DNA of 64,000 nucleotides, from assembly GCA_963845515.1 (NCBI GenBank), contig CAWJSR010000028.1, positions 196,039 through 260,038 on the forward strand. The letters run 5' to 3'. Below, piece by piece: positions 32,940 through 43,720 of the stretch; position 1 is the stretch's first letter, and each line of letters begins with the position of its first letter. The notes beneath the pieces were generated by a model that saw only the letters and a list, made by a program, of their open reading frames with translations, was not told the origin of the DNA and made no database searches. The stretch is from an uncultured delta proteobacterium. GTDB taxonomy: Bacteria; Myxococcota; Myxococcia; Myxococcales; Anaeromyxobacteraceae. A program made the translations under genes and the position numbers.

Positions 32940-34540
32940 CGCCCCACCCCTGCGGCCCGCAGCAAGCCCTCGAAGGCGCTGTCCACCGCACGCCGGTCGC
33001 CCTTGGGCAGTTCGATCATCGTCGGCCGCGCATCCGGTGGGCCCAGCCACGGTTCGAGGCGCGCCTTGTCGGTGCTGGCGTCGACCAGCAGCACCACCTG
33101 CTGCGGCCGGCGGCGGCGTGCCAGTTCGCCCAGCTCGAAGGCGCAGCCGGCGCGTTGCGCATTGAAGCCGCGCAGGTCCATCACCACCGCATCGGCCCGT
33201 TCGATCAGCTGCACCACCGTGGCCTGCCAGCTGCTGTCGCGGCAGCAGAACTCGTTGACGCGATAGCGGCCGTCGGGGTCGGGTGCCAGGTCGAGCGTCG
33301 CCAGGCGCTGGTCCAGGTCCTGCTGCGTGTTGACGAAGCTGGCGCCGATGTGGCCGGACGCAAACTGCAGGAAGTCGCCCGGGTCGACGGTGCGCGCCAC
33401 CACATCGGGCGCGGCGATCATCGTCAGCGGGCCGAACCAGCGCCAGCGCGAGGCGATGCGGTCGAACAGCGCTTCGGTGCGGGCGGTGTCGCCAAACACG
33501 CGCAGCAGCAGCAGCGTGCGCGGCGGCGGCCGGTCGATACTGCGCTGCGCGCGCTTCAGGCCCGCGGCCAGCAGCGGCGGGAACATTGCCGCCGACAGCG
33601 CGGCCACCGCCAGCACCGTCAGCAGCGGCCCCACGCCGGGGTGCACGCTGATGCGTTCCACCGCCTCGGCGGCCACGATCAACAGCCACCAGGTGCCGGC
33701 CAGCAGTTGCGCGTCGGAAAAGCGCTTGGCCTCGTAGCGCCGTGCCAGCGCCTTCAGCCGCCACCACGCCAGCAGCCCCATCGGCAGCGCCACGACGATG
33801 AAGCCGGTGTACAGGCCCGGGCCCGACAGCACCCAGGACGCACCGGACTGCGTGCCCGTCAGCCACTGCGTCAGGCGCAGCCCGAGCAGCGGCGCCAGGC
33901 CGAAGACCAGCAGCCCGGCAAAGGTGATCGGCGCCACGCCGCGCACGCGCCGCGCGCCCGTGGCCAGGCCCAGCAGCATCGGCAGCCACAGCGTGACGGC
34001 AGCGAACTGGAAGAAGACGACGAAGTTCATCGCCTGGTCCAGGCTCGGCGCCTTGCCGTAGAAGGGCCGCTGCAGCATCGACAGCAGCACGCCCGCCGCC
34101 GCCAGCGCGCACATCGTCGCCAGCCACAGCGCCAGCGCACGCCAGAAGGGGATAGCCGCCAGCACCGCGAACATCGGCACCGCGGCGCTGGCCAGCACCC
34201 CGGCCTTCAGGTACAGATGCACCGGCGTCGCCGGCTCGCCGCTCAGCCAGAAGAACAGCGCCGACAGCGGCAGTGCCGACAGGAAGGTCGCGCCCAGCAC
34301 GGCGATGAAGACGCGGCGGCGCAGCCGCGCCTCCCAGCGCAGCGCGTCCAAGTCGGCACCCGCCTTCGGCAATGGTGGCGCCATCGCGGCAGCCACCGGC
34401 AACGTGTGCTCGGAACGACCCTGCATGCCGGCCAGCACCGCGCGCCGGTAGCGCCAAAGCACCAGCGGCGCGATGCCCAGCGTCAGCAGCAGCACGTTCA
34501 GCAGATGGAACGACAGTTCACCGCCCAGCATGTCCCACAC
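32936..34540 (-). CDS. Multi-pass membrane protein with a C-terminal alpha/beta (TIR-like) domain
   Basis: Intact 534 aa; about 9 hydrophobic helices, then LLLLRVFGD...WQATVVQLIERADAVVMDL...GCAFEL. Confidence 0.8.
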   Translation of the reverse strand: MWDMLGGELSFHLLNVLLLTLGIAPLVLWRYRRAVLAGMQGRSEHTLPVAAAMAPPLPKAGADLDALRWEARLRRRVFIAVLGATFLSALPLSALFFWLSGEPATPVHLYLKAGVLASAAVPMFAVLAAIPFWRALALWLATMCALAAAGVLLSMLQRPFYGKAPSLDQAMNFVVFFQFAAVTLWLPMLLGLATGARRVRGVAPITFAGLLVFGLAPLLGLRLTQWLTGTQSGASWVLSGPGLYTGFIVVALPMGLLAWWRLKALARRYEAKRFSDAQLLAGTWWLLIVAAEAVERISVHPGVGPLLTVLAVAALSAAMFPPLLAAGLKRAQRSIDRPPPRTLLLLRVFGDTARTEALFDRIASRWRWFGPLTMIAAPDVVARTVDPGDFLQFASGHIGASFVNTQQDLDQRLATLDLAPDPDGRYRVNEFCCRDSSWQATVVQLIERADAVVMDLRGFNAQRAGCAFELGELARRRRPQQVVLLVDASTDKARLEPWLGPPDARPTMIELPKGDRRAVDSAFEGLLRAAGVGR

Positions 34541-34579
34541 CCCCAGGCGCTACGATAGCCGCGAAGCCGAGTCCCCCCG

Positions 34580-35366
34580 ATGCCACCCCCCAGAACATCG
34601 AGCGCCGAGATCTGGCGCGTGCTGGCCTACACACTGGCCATCGCGTTGGCCTTCATCGCGCTGGAACGGCTGCAGCTCGCCATCTTCACGCTGCCGGCCA
34701 CGGCCACGCTGCTGCAGCGCGTGGGCCTGCTCGATGCCGACCCGGCGGCACGGCTGGCGAAAGAAGCCGAACGAGGTGGCCGCGGCCTCGCGCGACGCGC
34801 TGCAGCGCCTGCCACCCGGCCACCGCATGGCCACGCTGCGCCTGGGCTACGAGCTGGGCACCATCAGCCAGCTGGTGGGCAGCTACGCGATGTCACCGCC
34901 CGAGGTGCAGGCCGCCGCGCGGCAGCGCGCCGCGCCGCGGCTGGCTGCGGCGCAACAGCAGGCGCAGTTGCTGGGCCTGGGCGAGGTGGCTGCGCTGCCG
35001 GTGCGCAGCCTGCGCGAGTTCACCGAACTGGCCGCGCGCTACGAGGCCGATGAAAGCGGCCTGGCGGCACGTGTCGAGCAGCAACTGTCTCCCTTGCACC
35101 GGCACCTGTACCTGCTGGGCGTGATGGTGGGCGGCGAGGCCGCGCGCGTCGAAGACAGCGGCGGACGCTTCGCGCTGCCGCCGGCCACGCCGATCCGCCG
35201 CCATGCCGTGCTGGCGGGCATCGCCGCGCCGGTGTGGCAGCCGCTGATCGTCGAGCCGCGCGACGAGACGCCGGAGCAGGTGCTGCAGCGCTACCGCCGC
35301 GCGGTCGACGCGCTGGCGGCCGAAGTGGCGCGCATGGATGCCGCCGATGCTGCGCCCGCACGGTAG
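34580..35366 (+). CDS. Hypothetical N-terminally membrane-anchored helical protein, frameshift near 34770
   Basis: TM segment VLAYTLAIALAFIAL followed by a helical domain with host-like codon usage. Confidence 0.65.
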
Positions 35367-35414
35367 GCGCAGGCGACGGCCTGCTCGACAATCGCGCCGC
35401 CCGCTGACCAAGCC

Positions 35415-36698
35415 ATGACATCGATGCCATCGCCCCCGCCCCCGCCCTCGCCCGCCGCCTCCGGGCTGCAGGCCTACGTGGTCGGCGGCGCGGTGCGCGA
35501 CCAGCTGCTCGGCCGGCCGGTCAACGATCGCGACTGGGTGGTGGTGGGCGCCACGGTGCAGCAGATGCTCGACGCCGGCTTCCGCCAGGTCGGCGCCGAC
35601 TTCCCGGTGTTCCTGCATCCGCAGACGCACGAGGAATACGCGCTGGCCCGCACCGAGCGCAAGTCGGCACCGGGTTACCACGGCTTCAGCGTGCACGCCG
35701 ACCCATCGGTGACGCTGGAACAGGACCTGTCGCGCCGCGACCTGACGATCAACGCGATGGCGCTGCGCGACGACGGCACGCTGATCGACCCCCACGGCGG
35801 CGCGCGCGACCTGCAGCAGCGTGTGCTGCGCCATGTGTCCGACGCCTTCGCCGAAGACCCGGTGCGCATCCTGCGCGTGGCGCGCTTCGCGGCGCGCTTT
35901 GCCGACTTCCACGTCGCGCCGGAAACGCTGGCGCTGATGCGCCACATGGTCGAGGCCGGCGAAGTGGAGGCCCTGGTGGCCGAGCGCGTGTGGCAGGAAC
36001 TGGCGCGCGGCCTGATGGAAGCCACGCCCTCGCGCATGTTCGAACTGCTGCGCGACTGCGGCGCGCTGCGCGTGCTGCTGCCCGAGGTGGACCGCCTGTG
36101 GGGCGTGCCGCAGCCGCCGGCGCACCACCCCGAGGTCGACACCGGCGTGCACCTGATGATGGTGCTCGACGAAGCGGCGCGCGTGCAGGCCTCGCTGCCG
36201 GTGCGCTTTGCCTGCCTGTGCCACGACCTGGGCAAGGGCACGACGCCGGCCGATGTGCTGCCGCGCCACCTGGGCCACGAGGAGCGCAGCGTCAAGCTGC
36301 TGCGCGCGCTGTGCGAGCGCCTGAAGGTGCCGGTGGAGTGCCGCGAGCTGGCCGAGGTCACCGCGCGCGAGCACGGCCACGTGCATGCCAGCCTGGAGCT
36401 CAAGCCGGCGGCGCAGCTGCGGCTGCTGGAACGCTGCGACGCGCTGCGCCGCCCGGCACGTTTTGCCGACATGCTGCTGGCCTGCGAATGCGATGCGCGC
36501 GGCCGGCTGGGCCTGCAGCAGCGCGACTACCCGCAACGCCAGCGCCTGCTGCAGGCACTGGCCTTTGCACGCAGCGTGGACACGGCCGCAGTGGCGCAGC
36601 GCTTCGCCGCGCTCGGCAAGGCCGGGCCGCAGATCGGCGAGGCCATCCACGCGGCGCGCATCGAGGCGCTGCGCCAGGGCTTCGCCACACCCGCATGA
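35415..36698 (+). CDS. cca: Multifunctional CCA tRNA nucleotidyltransferase with HD domain
   Basis: VGGAVRD, DRDWVV, EYALARTE, RRDLTINA, EDPVRILR, HHPEVDTG, CHDLGKG. Confidence 0.97.
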   Translation: MTSMPSPPPPPSPAASGLQAYVVGGAVRDQLLGRPVNDRDWVVVGATVQQMLDAGFRQVGADFPVFLHPQTHEEYALARTERKSAPGYHGFSVHADPSVTLEQDLSRRDLTINAMALRDDGTLIDPHGGARDLQQRVLRHVSDAFAEDPVRILRVARFAARFADFHVAPETLALMRHMVEAGEVEALVAERVWQELARGLMEATPSRMFELLRDCGALRVLLPEVDRLWGVPQPPAHHPEVDTGVHLMMVLDEAARVQASLPVRFACLCHDLGKGTTPADVLPRHLGHEERSVKLLRALCERLKVPVECRELAEVTAREHGHVHASLELKPAAQLRLLERCDALRRPARFADMLLACECDARGRLGLQQRDYPQRQRLLQALAFARSVDTAAVAQRFAALGKAGPQIGEAIHAARIEALRQGFATPA

Positions 36699-37594
36699 AG
36701 ACACCCCCAATGCCGCCCAGCCCGCTGGACACGGACCCACGCGAACTCGGCAAGCCGCTCGCCGGCTGGCGGCTGCGCCTGTACACCATCATCTTCGAAG
36801 CCGACACACGCGCCGGGCGCGCCTTCGACCTGGCGTTGATCGCCATGATCCTGGCGAGCGTGGCGGTGGTGGGGCTGGACAGCATGGCGTCGGTGCACCA
36901 GCAGCACGGTCGCTGGCTCAAGGCGCTGGAATGGTTCTTCACGCTGGCCTTCACGGCCGAATACATCGCGCGCCTGGCCTGCGTGCGCCACCCGTGGCGC
37001 TATGCGCGCAGCTTCTTCGGCATCATCGACCTGCTCGCCATCCTGCCCACCTACCTGGCGGTGCTGATGCCGGAGATGCACTCGCTGATCGCCGTGCGCC
37101 TGCTGCGGCTGCTGCGCATCTTCAGGCTGCTGAAGCTCAGCGCCTACGTCAGCGAGTTCTCCTTGCTCTACCAGGCGCTGCGCAACTCACGGCGCAAGAT
37201 CGCCGTGTTTCTGGCCTTCGTGCTGCTGCTGACGACGGTCATGGGCGCGCTGATGTACGTGGTCGAAGGCCCGGAGAACGGCTTCACCAGCATCCCGATC
37301 GGCGTGTACTGGGCCATCACCACCTTGACCACGGTGGGCTTCGGCGACGTCACACCGCATACCGACCTGGGCCGCTTCATCGCCAGCCTGATGATGCTGA
37401 TGGGCTGGGGCACGCTGGCCGTGCCCACCGGCATCGTCAGCGCCGAGCTGATCGGCCAGCAGGGGAGACGCGAGCCGACCACGCGCAGCTGTCAGGAATG
37501 CCTGAGCGAGGGCCATTCACCGACAGCGAAGTTCTGCCGCGACTGCGGCGCCAAGCTGCCGCCCTACCAGCGCGATCCGCCGCCTACGGGTTGA
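36695..37594 (+). CDS. Voltage-gated K+ channel-like ion transporter with C-terminal zinc ribbon
   Basis: S4 segment RLLRLLRIFRLLK, pore TLTTVGFGD, CQEC..CRDCG. Confidence 0.92.
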   Translation: MKTPPMPPSPLDTDPRELGKPLAGWRLRLYTIIFEADTRAGRAFDLALIAMILASVAVVGLDSMASVHQQHGRWLKALEWFFTLAFTAEYIARLACVRHPWRYARSFFGIIDLLAILPTYLAVLMPEMHSLIAVRLLRLLRIFRLLKLSAYVSEFSLLYQALRNSRRKIAVFLAFVLLLTTVMGALMYVVEGPENGFTSIPIGVYWAITTLTTVGFGDVTPHTDLGRFIASLMMLMGWGTLAVPTGIVSAELIGQQGRREPTTRSCQECLSEGHSPTAKFCRDCGAKLPPYQRDPPPTG

Positions 37595-40500
37595 GTCGGG
37601 CCTTCAAGCCGCTACCTTCGAGGCTGGCCTCGATGGACCGGGCCAGGGCCTGCGCGCGCGTGTGGTGTGGTGCGGCCGTGTCGGTCTGACCCTGCTGCTC
37701 GTGCAGCCGTGCCAGTGCACGCTGCAGGTCCAGCATCAGGCGCACGCGCCCCACGCGCTCGGCCAAGGCCGCGGCTTGCATCAGCTCGTCCAGCGCCGGT
37801 GCGAAGGCACGCTCGTGCAGCAGCGCTTCGCCGCGCCAGCGGCGCGCCACGGCCTGCAGTTCACGCAGGCCGTTGTCGTCGGCGATGTGCAGCAGCTCGT
37901 CGGCCACTGGCGAGGCAGCGCGCGGCGTCGCCTTCCAGCAGCGCCATCTCGGCCAGCGCGTCCAGGCAGCGCACCTGCATGTAACGCTCGGCATGCGCGC
38001 GCGTGTGTTCCAGCGTCAGCTGCAGCAGCGCGGTGTCGCCATGCTCGCCCAGCCGCGCGCGCGCCACCGCCACATGCGCGTCGAGCGTGGCGCGCCAGAA
38101 CAGGATGCCGCTGTCGCGCGCCAGCGCCTGGCCTTGTTGCAGCAGCGGCAGCGCCTGCGACTGCAGGCCCAGGTCGAGCAGCAGGTGGGCGATGGCGTCG
38201 AGCGCGATGAACTGGTAGCGCAGCTGGCCCAGCTCCTGCAGTTGCTGCAGCGTGCGCTGCATGCCCAGCCAGGCTTCGCCGTAGCGGCCGGTGCAGGCGC
38301 GCACATGGTCCAGCCCCAGCAGCGTGGGGCCCAGGTGCCATTGCAGGTCGGCGGCACGGGCGATGTCCAGCGCGGCCTCGAAATGCGCCAGCGCACGCGG
38401 GTAGTCGCCGCTGCCCTTGGTGCCGACGCAGGCGTGGCCGATCATCATCAGGTTCTCGGACTCGTAGCTGCGGTCGCCGATGCTGCGCGCCAGCGCCAGC
38501 GACCGCGTGTAGCAGGCGATGGCCGCCGCCGGCTCGGCATTGGCGAAGTGCGCCTCGCCGCGCCCGTGGTAGGCCTGCACGGCGACCAGGTCGACGAAGC
38601 CGCGGCGTTCGCAGATCTGCACCGCCTGCTGGTGGTGGGCGGTGGCCTGGTCGTTCAGCCCGGTGCTCCAGGCCACCGTGCCCAGGTGGTACAGCGTGTC
38701 GGCCGCCTGGCGCTCGTCGTTCAGCGCGCGCGCCTCGTCCAGCGCCTCGCCCAGGCAGGCGGTGGCCTGCTCGTAGGCATCGGCGCGGCGGTAGGCCATG
38801 CCCAGCTGCACCAGCGCGTCGCGCGTGCGCTCACGTTCGCCGGCGGCGCGCGCCGCATCCACCACGCGCCGCAGGTCGGCCACCGCGCCCTGCGTCTGCC
38901 CGGCCTGGGCGCGCGCCGCGCCGCGCTGTGCGTACAGCGCCAGGCGCTGGGGCTCGTCCAGCGATCGCGGGTGCAACTCGGCGATGGCCACCGCACGGTC
39001 CAGCCAGTGCAGCGCGTCGCGCATCGCAAACAGCGCGCGCGAGCGTTCGCCGGCGCGCTGCAGGTAGTGCAGCGCCTTGGGCCAGAGCATCGCCCGCTCG
39101 AAGTGCTCGGCCAGCCGCGCGATGTGTTCGTGCGCGTCGGCATCGCCATGGCGTTCCAGCGCCTCGGCCACCGTCTGGTGCAGCAGCCGGCGCCGCGCGC
39201 CGCCGATGTCGCCGTAGACCACCTCGCGCAGCTTGTCGTGGCTGAAGTCGTAGACGCCGCCTTCCGCATGCTCGCGCAGCAGGCGCCGCCGGACCAGCGC
39301 CTCCACCGCGTCGAGCAATTGCGCTTCGCTGTCGCTGCCCACCTGCAGCAGCGTGTCGAAATCGAAATGCCGGCCCAGCACCGCGGCCGTCTCCAGCACC
39401 GGGCGATAGGCCTTGGGCACATGCGCCAGGCGCACGCGCACGGCGGCGCGCAGCGCCTCGGGCAACTGACCGGGGCGCGGCGGCGCCGGCGCGCCTGCCG
39501 TGGCCGTGCCCTCGCTCAGCGACTGCAGCATCGACACCAGGAAGAAGGGGTTGCCCTCGGTTTCCAGGTGCAGCCGTTCGGCCAGGCCGGCATCGGCCAT
39601 CGCCGTCACCAGCTGCGCGGTGTCTGCCGCTTGCAGCCGCGGCAGCGGCAAGCGCCGCGCGGCGGCCTCGCGGCACAGGCTGTCGATCAGACGGGCCAGG
39701 CGCTCGTCCTGGTCGACGTCCTCGTCGCGGTAGGCCAACACGACCAGGCGCGCGCGTTGCGCACCCTGGCGCGCCAGGTGGTGCAGCACCTGCACGCTGG
39801 CCGCGTCGGCCCATTGCAGGTCGTCGACCACCAGCAGCGACGCTCCCGCGCCGAGCGCCGCGTCCAGCAACTGACCCACCGCGCGCGACAGCCGCGCCTG
39901 GCGGGCTTCGGGGAAGTCGCCCGACAGGGCCGGCAGCTCGGGAAAACGCTCGCCGATCTCGGGCGCCAGCGCCTTCAGCTCGGCCAGCGACACCGCGCCG
40001 AGCCTGGCGATGTCGGCGGCGTTGGCCAGTTCCAGCGCGCGCGACACCAGGTCGATCACCGGCTGGTAGGGCATGGCGCGCTCGATCTCGTAGCACTTGG
40101 TGGCCAGCAGCGGCAGGCCGCGCGATTGCGCCTCGCGCAGCAGCTCGCGCAGCAGCCGCGTCTTGCCGATGCCGGGCTCGCCTTCGACCAGCACCGTGCC
40201 GCCGCGGCCTTCGGCCAGCTGCGCCAGGCCGGCCCGCAGTTGCGCCAGCTCGTGGCCGCGGCCGACGAAGGGCGTGGCCTCGGTCGAGGCCGATGGCGCG
40301 GCCGCCGGGGCCGGTGACGGCGAATCGCCCGGTTGCGCCGGCTGGCCATCGAGCACCAGGCGTTGCAGGCCGCGCAGCGCGCGCGCCGCTTCCAGAAAGG
40401 CCGCACGCTCCGCGTCGGGCACGGCCAGCGACGTGGCCAGCCGTTCGGCCAGGCGGCGCGACGGCCGGCGCTCGTCGGACTTCGATCTTGCGGATCGAGA

Positions 40501-40603
40501 ACACCGACACGCTGACGCGCTGCGCCAGCGCCTCCTGCGTCAGGTCCAGCGCCTTGCGCCGGCGGCGCAGCCAGTAGCCGAAGGAAGGGGATCGATCCTG
40601 CAC
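37584..40603 (-). CDS. XRE-HTH + STAND/AAA ATPase + TPR transcriptional regulator, frameshifted
   Basis: FGYWLRRRRKALDLTQEALA (HTH); FVGRGHEL, GEPGIGKT, LVVDDLQWAD, TEGNPFF, YDFSH; TPR-like helices. Confidence 0.9.
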
Positions 40604-40726
40604 CGCGCCGACTCTAAACAAGCCGGGCCATCTTGTCCGAGTTTTTGTCCCACTCGGCGACACCCGTTCGACGGACATCCGGCGCTCAATGGATGCCTCG
40701 CCAACCCAACCACCAGGAGATCCACC

Positions 40727-41563
40727 ATGTCCGCCGTGCTGTCCCCCACCCCACCCCCACGCCCGACTTCGCCGCCGTCAAGACGCGCCAGCAGGCCGCC
40801 TGGTCCACCGGCAACTACGCGGTCGTCGGCACCACCTTGCAGATCGTCGGCGAGCAGCTGTGCGAAGCGCTGGACCCGCGCGCCGGCTGGCGCGTGCTCG
40901 ACGTCGCCGCCGGCAACGGCAATGCCACGCTGGCCGCGGCGCGCCGCGGCTGCGTGGTGACCTCCACCGACTACGTGGCCTCGCTGCTCGACGCCGGGCG
41001 GGCGCGCGCGCAGGCCGAAGGCCACGACATCCACGTTCCAGGAAGCCGATGCCGAGAAGCTGCCCTTCGCCGACGCCAGCTTCGACGCGGTGCTGTCCAC
41101 CTTCGGCGTGATGTTCACGCCCGACCAGGAACAGGCGGCGCGCGAGATGCTGCGCGTGTGCCGCCCCGGCGGCAAGATCGGCCTGGCCAACTGGACGCCG
41201 GAAAGCTTCATCGGCCAGCTGTTCAAGACCATCGGCAAGTACGTGCCGCCGGCGGCGGGGCTGAAGTCGCCGGCGCTGTGGGGCACGCAGGCGCGGCTGC
41301 AGGAGCTGTTCGGTGCCGGTGCGCGCGCGCTGCACATCCACAGCCGCGAGTTCGTGTTCCGCTACAACTCGCCGGAACACTGGATCGAGGTCTTCCGCAC
41401 CTACTACGGGCCGACGAACAAGACCTTCGCGGCGCTGGACGCCAGCGGCCAGGCCGCCCTGCACCAGGACCTGCTGGCGCTGATGGCCGCGCGCAACCGC
41501 TCGGGCGATGCCACGCTGGTGCTGCCCAGCGAATACCTCGAAGTGGTGATCGAGCGCGCATGA
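40727..41563 (+). CDS. Class I SAM-dependent methyltransferase, frameshifted
   Basis: VLDVAAGNG, DAEKLPF.DASFD, STFGVMF, RVCRPGG; SD AGGAG. Confidence 0.9.
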
Positions 41564-42358
41564 CAGACGCCCGCTACTTCCGCGAGGCCGGCGCCGGCCC
41601 CGGCGTGGTCTGCGTGCACTGCAATGCCAGCAGCAGCGCGCAGTGGCGCGGCCTGATGGACCGGCTGGCGCCGCGCTTCCACGTGCTGGCCGGCGACAGC
41701 CACGGCGCCGGCCGCGGCCCGGCCTGGCCCGCCGACCGCACGCTGCGCCTGCAGGACGAGGTGGCGCTGCTGCAGCCGCTGATCGCGCGTGCCGGCGAGC
41801 CGCTGGCGCTGGTCGGCCATTCCTACGGCGGCGCGGTGGCGCTGCTGGCCGCGCTGCAGCAGCCGCCGCGCGCGCTGGTGCTGTACGAGCCCACGCTGTT
41901 CGCGCTGCTGGACGAAGAGGCGCCGCCGCCGAACGAGGCCGAGGGCATCCGCCAGACCGTGGCCGATGCCGCGGCCCACCTGGCGCGCGGCGACCGCAGC
42001 GCGGCGGCCGAGCGCTTCATCGACTTCTGGATGGGCGACGGCAGCTGGCAGCCGCACGCCCGAGAACCGGCGCGCCCCCATCGAAGAGGCCATCGTCAAC
42101 GTGCAGGGCTGGGGCACGGCGCTGTTCACGCAGCCCACGCCGCTGTCGGACCTCGGCGCGCTGGATGTGCCGGTGCTGCTGATGGTGGGCAGCGAGTCGC
42201 CCGCGTCCTCGCGCGGCGTGGCGCGTCTGCTGGCCAGCGTGCTGCCGCGGCTGCAGTGGCTGGAGTTCGAAGGCCTGGGCCACATGGGGCCGATCACCCA
42301 CCCCGAGGTGGTCAATGCGGCGATCGAGGACTTTCTGAGGCGCGAATTGATGTCATGA
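41560..42358 (+). CDS. Alpha/beta hydrolase, frameshifted
   Basis: GHSYGG, LYEP, GHMGPITHP. Confidence 0.87.
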
Positions 42359-43057
42359 CCCATGCGCTGGACAACCCGGTCTGGCATGCGTTGCGCGGCC
42401 CGCACCGCGGCTTTGCCGCAGGGCACGGCCTGGCGCTGCACTACCCGCGCGAGGTGGCGGTCTTCTCCGCCATTGCCGAGGCCAGCGAGCAGGCCTTTGC
42501 CGACCTGGCGCGCGGCCTGCCGCCGGACACCGAAGCGCGCCTGGTGCGCGCCCGCGCCGAGCCGCTGCCCGACGGCTGGGCGCTGGTGAACGACGTGCCG
42601 CTGCTGCAGATGGAAGCACGCAGCTTCGACGGCCAGCAGCGCGAGGGCCCGCCCATCGTCACGCTGGGGCCGCAGCGACCGCGACGCGGTGATGGCGCTG
42701 GTCGAGCTGACGCAGCCGGGCCCCTTCGGCCCACGCACGCTGGAGATGGGCCACTACATCGGCGTGTTCGAACACGGCCGCCTGCTGGCCATGGCCGGCG
42801 AGCGCATGCGGCTGGACGCGCATGTCGAGCTGAGCGCGATCTGCACCCACCCGTCGGCCCGCGGGCGCGGCCTGGCCGAAGGCCTGATGCGCCGGCTGAT
42901 GCACGACGCGCTGCAGCGCGGGCAGCAGCCCTTCCTGCATGTGCTGCCGGCCAACGCCGGCGCGATCGCGCTGTACCGGCGGCTGGGCTTCGTCACCCGC
43001 GCCGAGATGCACTACCGCTGGTGCAAGCCGGTCGAGACTGCGCAGGCGCTCGGATAG
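42355..43057 (+). CDS. GNAT acetyltransferase (FR47-like), frameshifted
   Basis: LDNPVW, PGPFGPRT, AMAGER, SAICTHPSARGRG, AIALYRRLGF. Confidence 0.88.
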
Positions 43058-43155
43058 CGGGCGGCAGTCGAAGGGACGGATTCCTGGCACAGCTCCGCGT
43101 GAATGCAGGCATCCGCCTACAATGCATGCAGTGAGTGCTCCAAGGAGCGATGACG

Positions 43156-43410
43156 ATGGCCATGCTGACCGTGCGCAACCTTCCGGACGAGGTGCACCGT
43201 GCGCTGCGCGTACGCGCCGCGCGACGCGGCCACAGCATGGAGGCCGAGGTGCGCGAGATTCTCGAATCCGCCATCAGCCCGCAGGGGCGGATCAAGCTGG
43301 GCTCAATGCTGGCTGACATGGGCCGGCGCGCCAAGCTCAGCGACAGCGAGTTCGCCGTCTTCGAGCAGGTGCGCAACAAGGTGCCCGCCCACCCGCCGAG
43401 CTTCGAGTGA
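43156..43410 (+). CDS. FitA/StbC-like ribbon-helix-helix antitoxin
   Basis: MAMLTVRNLPDEVHRALRVRAARRGHSMEAEVREIL; SD AAGGAG. Confidence 0.9.
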   Translation: MAMLTVRNLPDEVHRALRVRAARRGHSMEAEVREILESAISPQGRIKLGSMLADMGRRAKLSDSEFAVFEQVRNKVPAHPPSFE

Positions 43411-43514
43411 TCCTGCTTGACACCAACGTGGTGTCGGAGCCGCTGCGCCCGGCGCCCGACGAGCGCGTCATCGCGTGGATCGACACGCAGCCGCTGGAGA
43501 CGCTGTTTCTGTGA
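43407..43514 (+). pseudogene. Truncated FitB/VapC PIN toxin (35 codons)
   Basis: ILLDTNVVSEPLRPAPDERVIAWIDTQPLETLFL* with no continuation found in the other frames. Confidence 0.82.
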
Positions 43515-43591
43515 AGCTCTTGTCCGCAAGGCGCGATGTCGGCTGGCAGCGCGTCGTAGCAACGCCAGAACCTCGGCCGAGGCCGTGTGAA

Positions 43592-43720
43592 TCACAGCGC
43601 GCGCGAAGGCGGGTGCTTGAAGTCTTCGTCGGCCTCAGCCAGACATCCAGCGCCGATGGAGACGTCAGCCTCGATCTGTCGGTCCCAGGCAGCAGCGTCG
43701 ACTCGACGCGAACATGCCAT
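43592..43720 (-). pseudogene. Remnant of a small putative antitoxin (WDRQIEAD motif)
   Basis: DAAAWDRQIEADV...EADEDFK...RAL* resembles small addiction-module proteins; no credible N-terminus. Confidence 0.45.

Noticed and set aside
35362..35380. Further GTAGG half-sites (35363, 58801, 62647)
   Set aside because: They coincide with TAG stop codons and have no matching second half-site at N6.
37584..40603. Avs-type anti-phage STAND protein
   Set aside because: The N-terminus is an XRE HTH rather than a toxic effector, and the gene faces a metabolic operon; a regulator is more likely.
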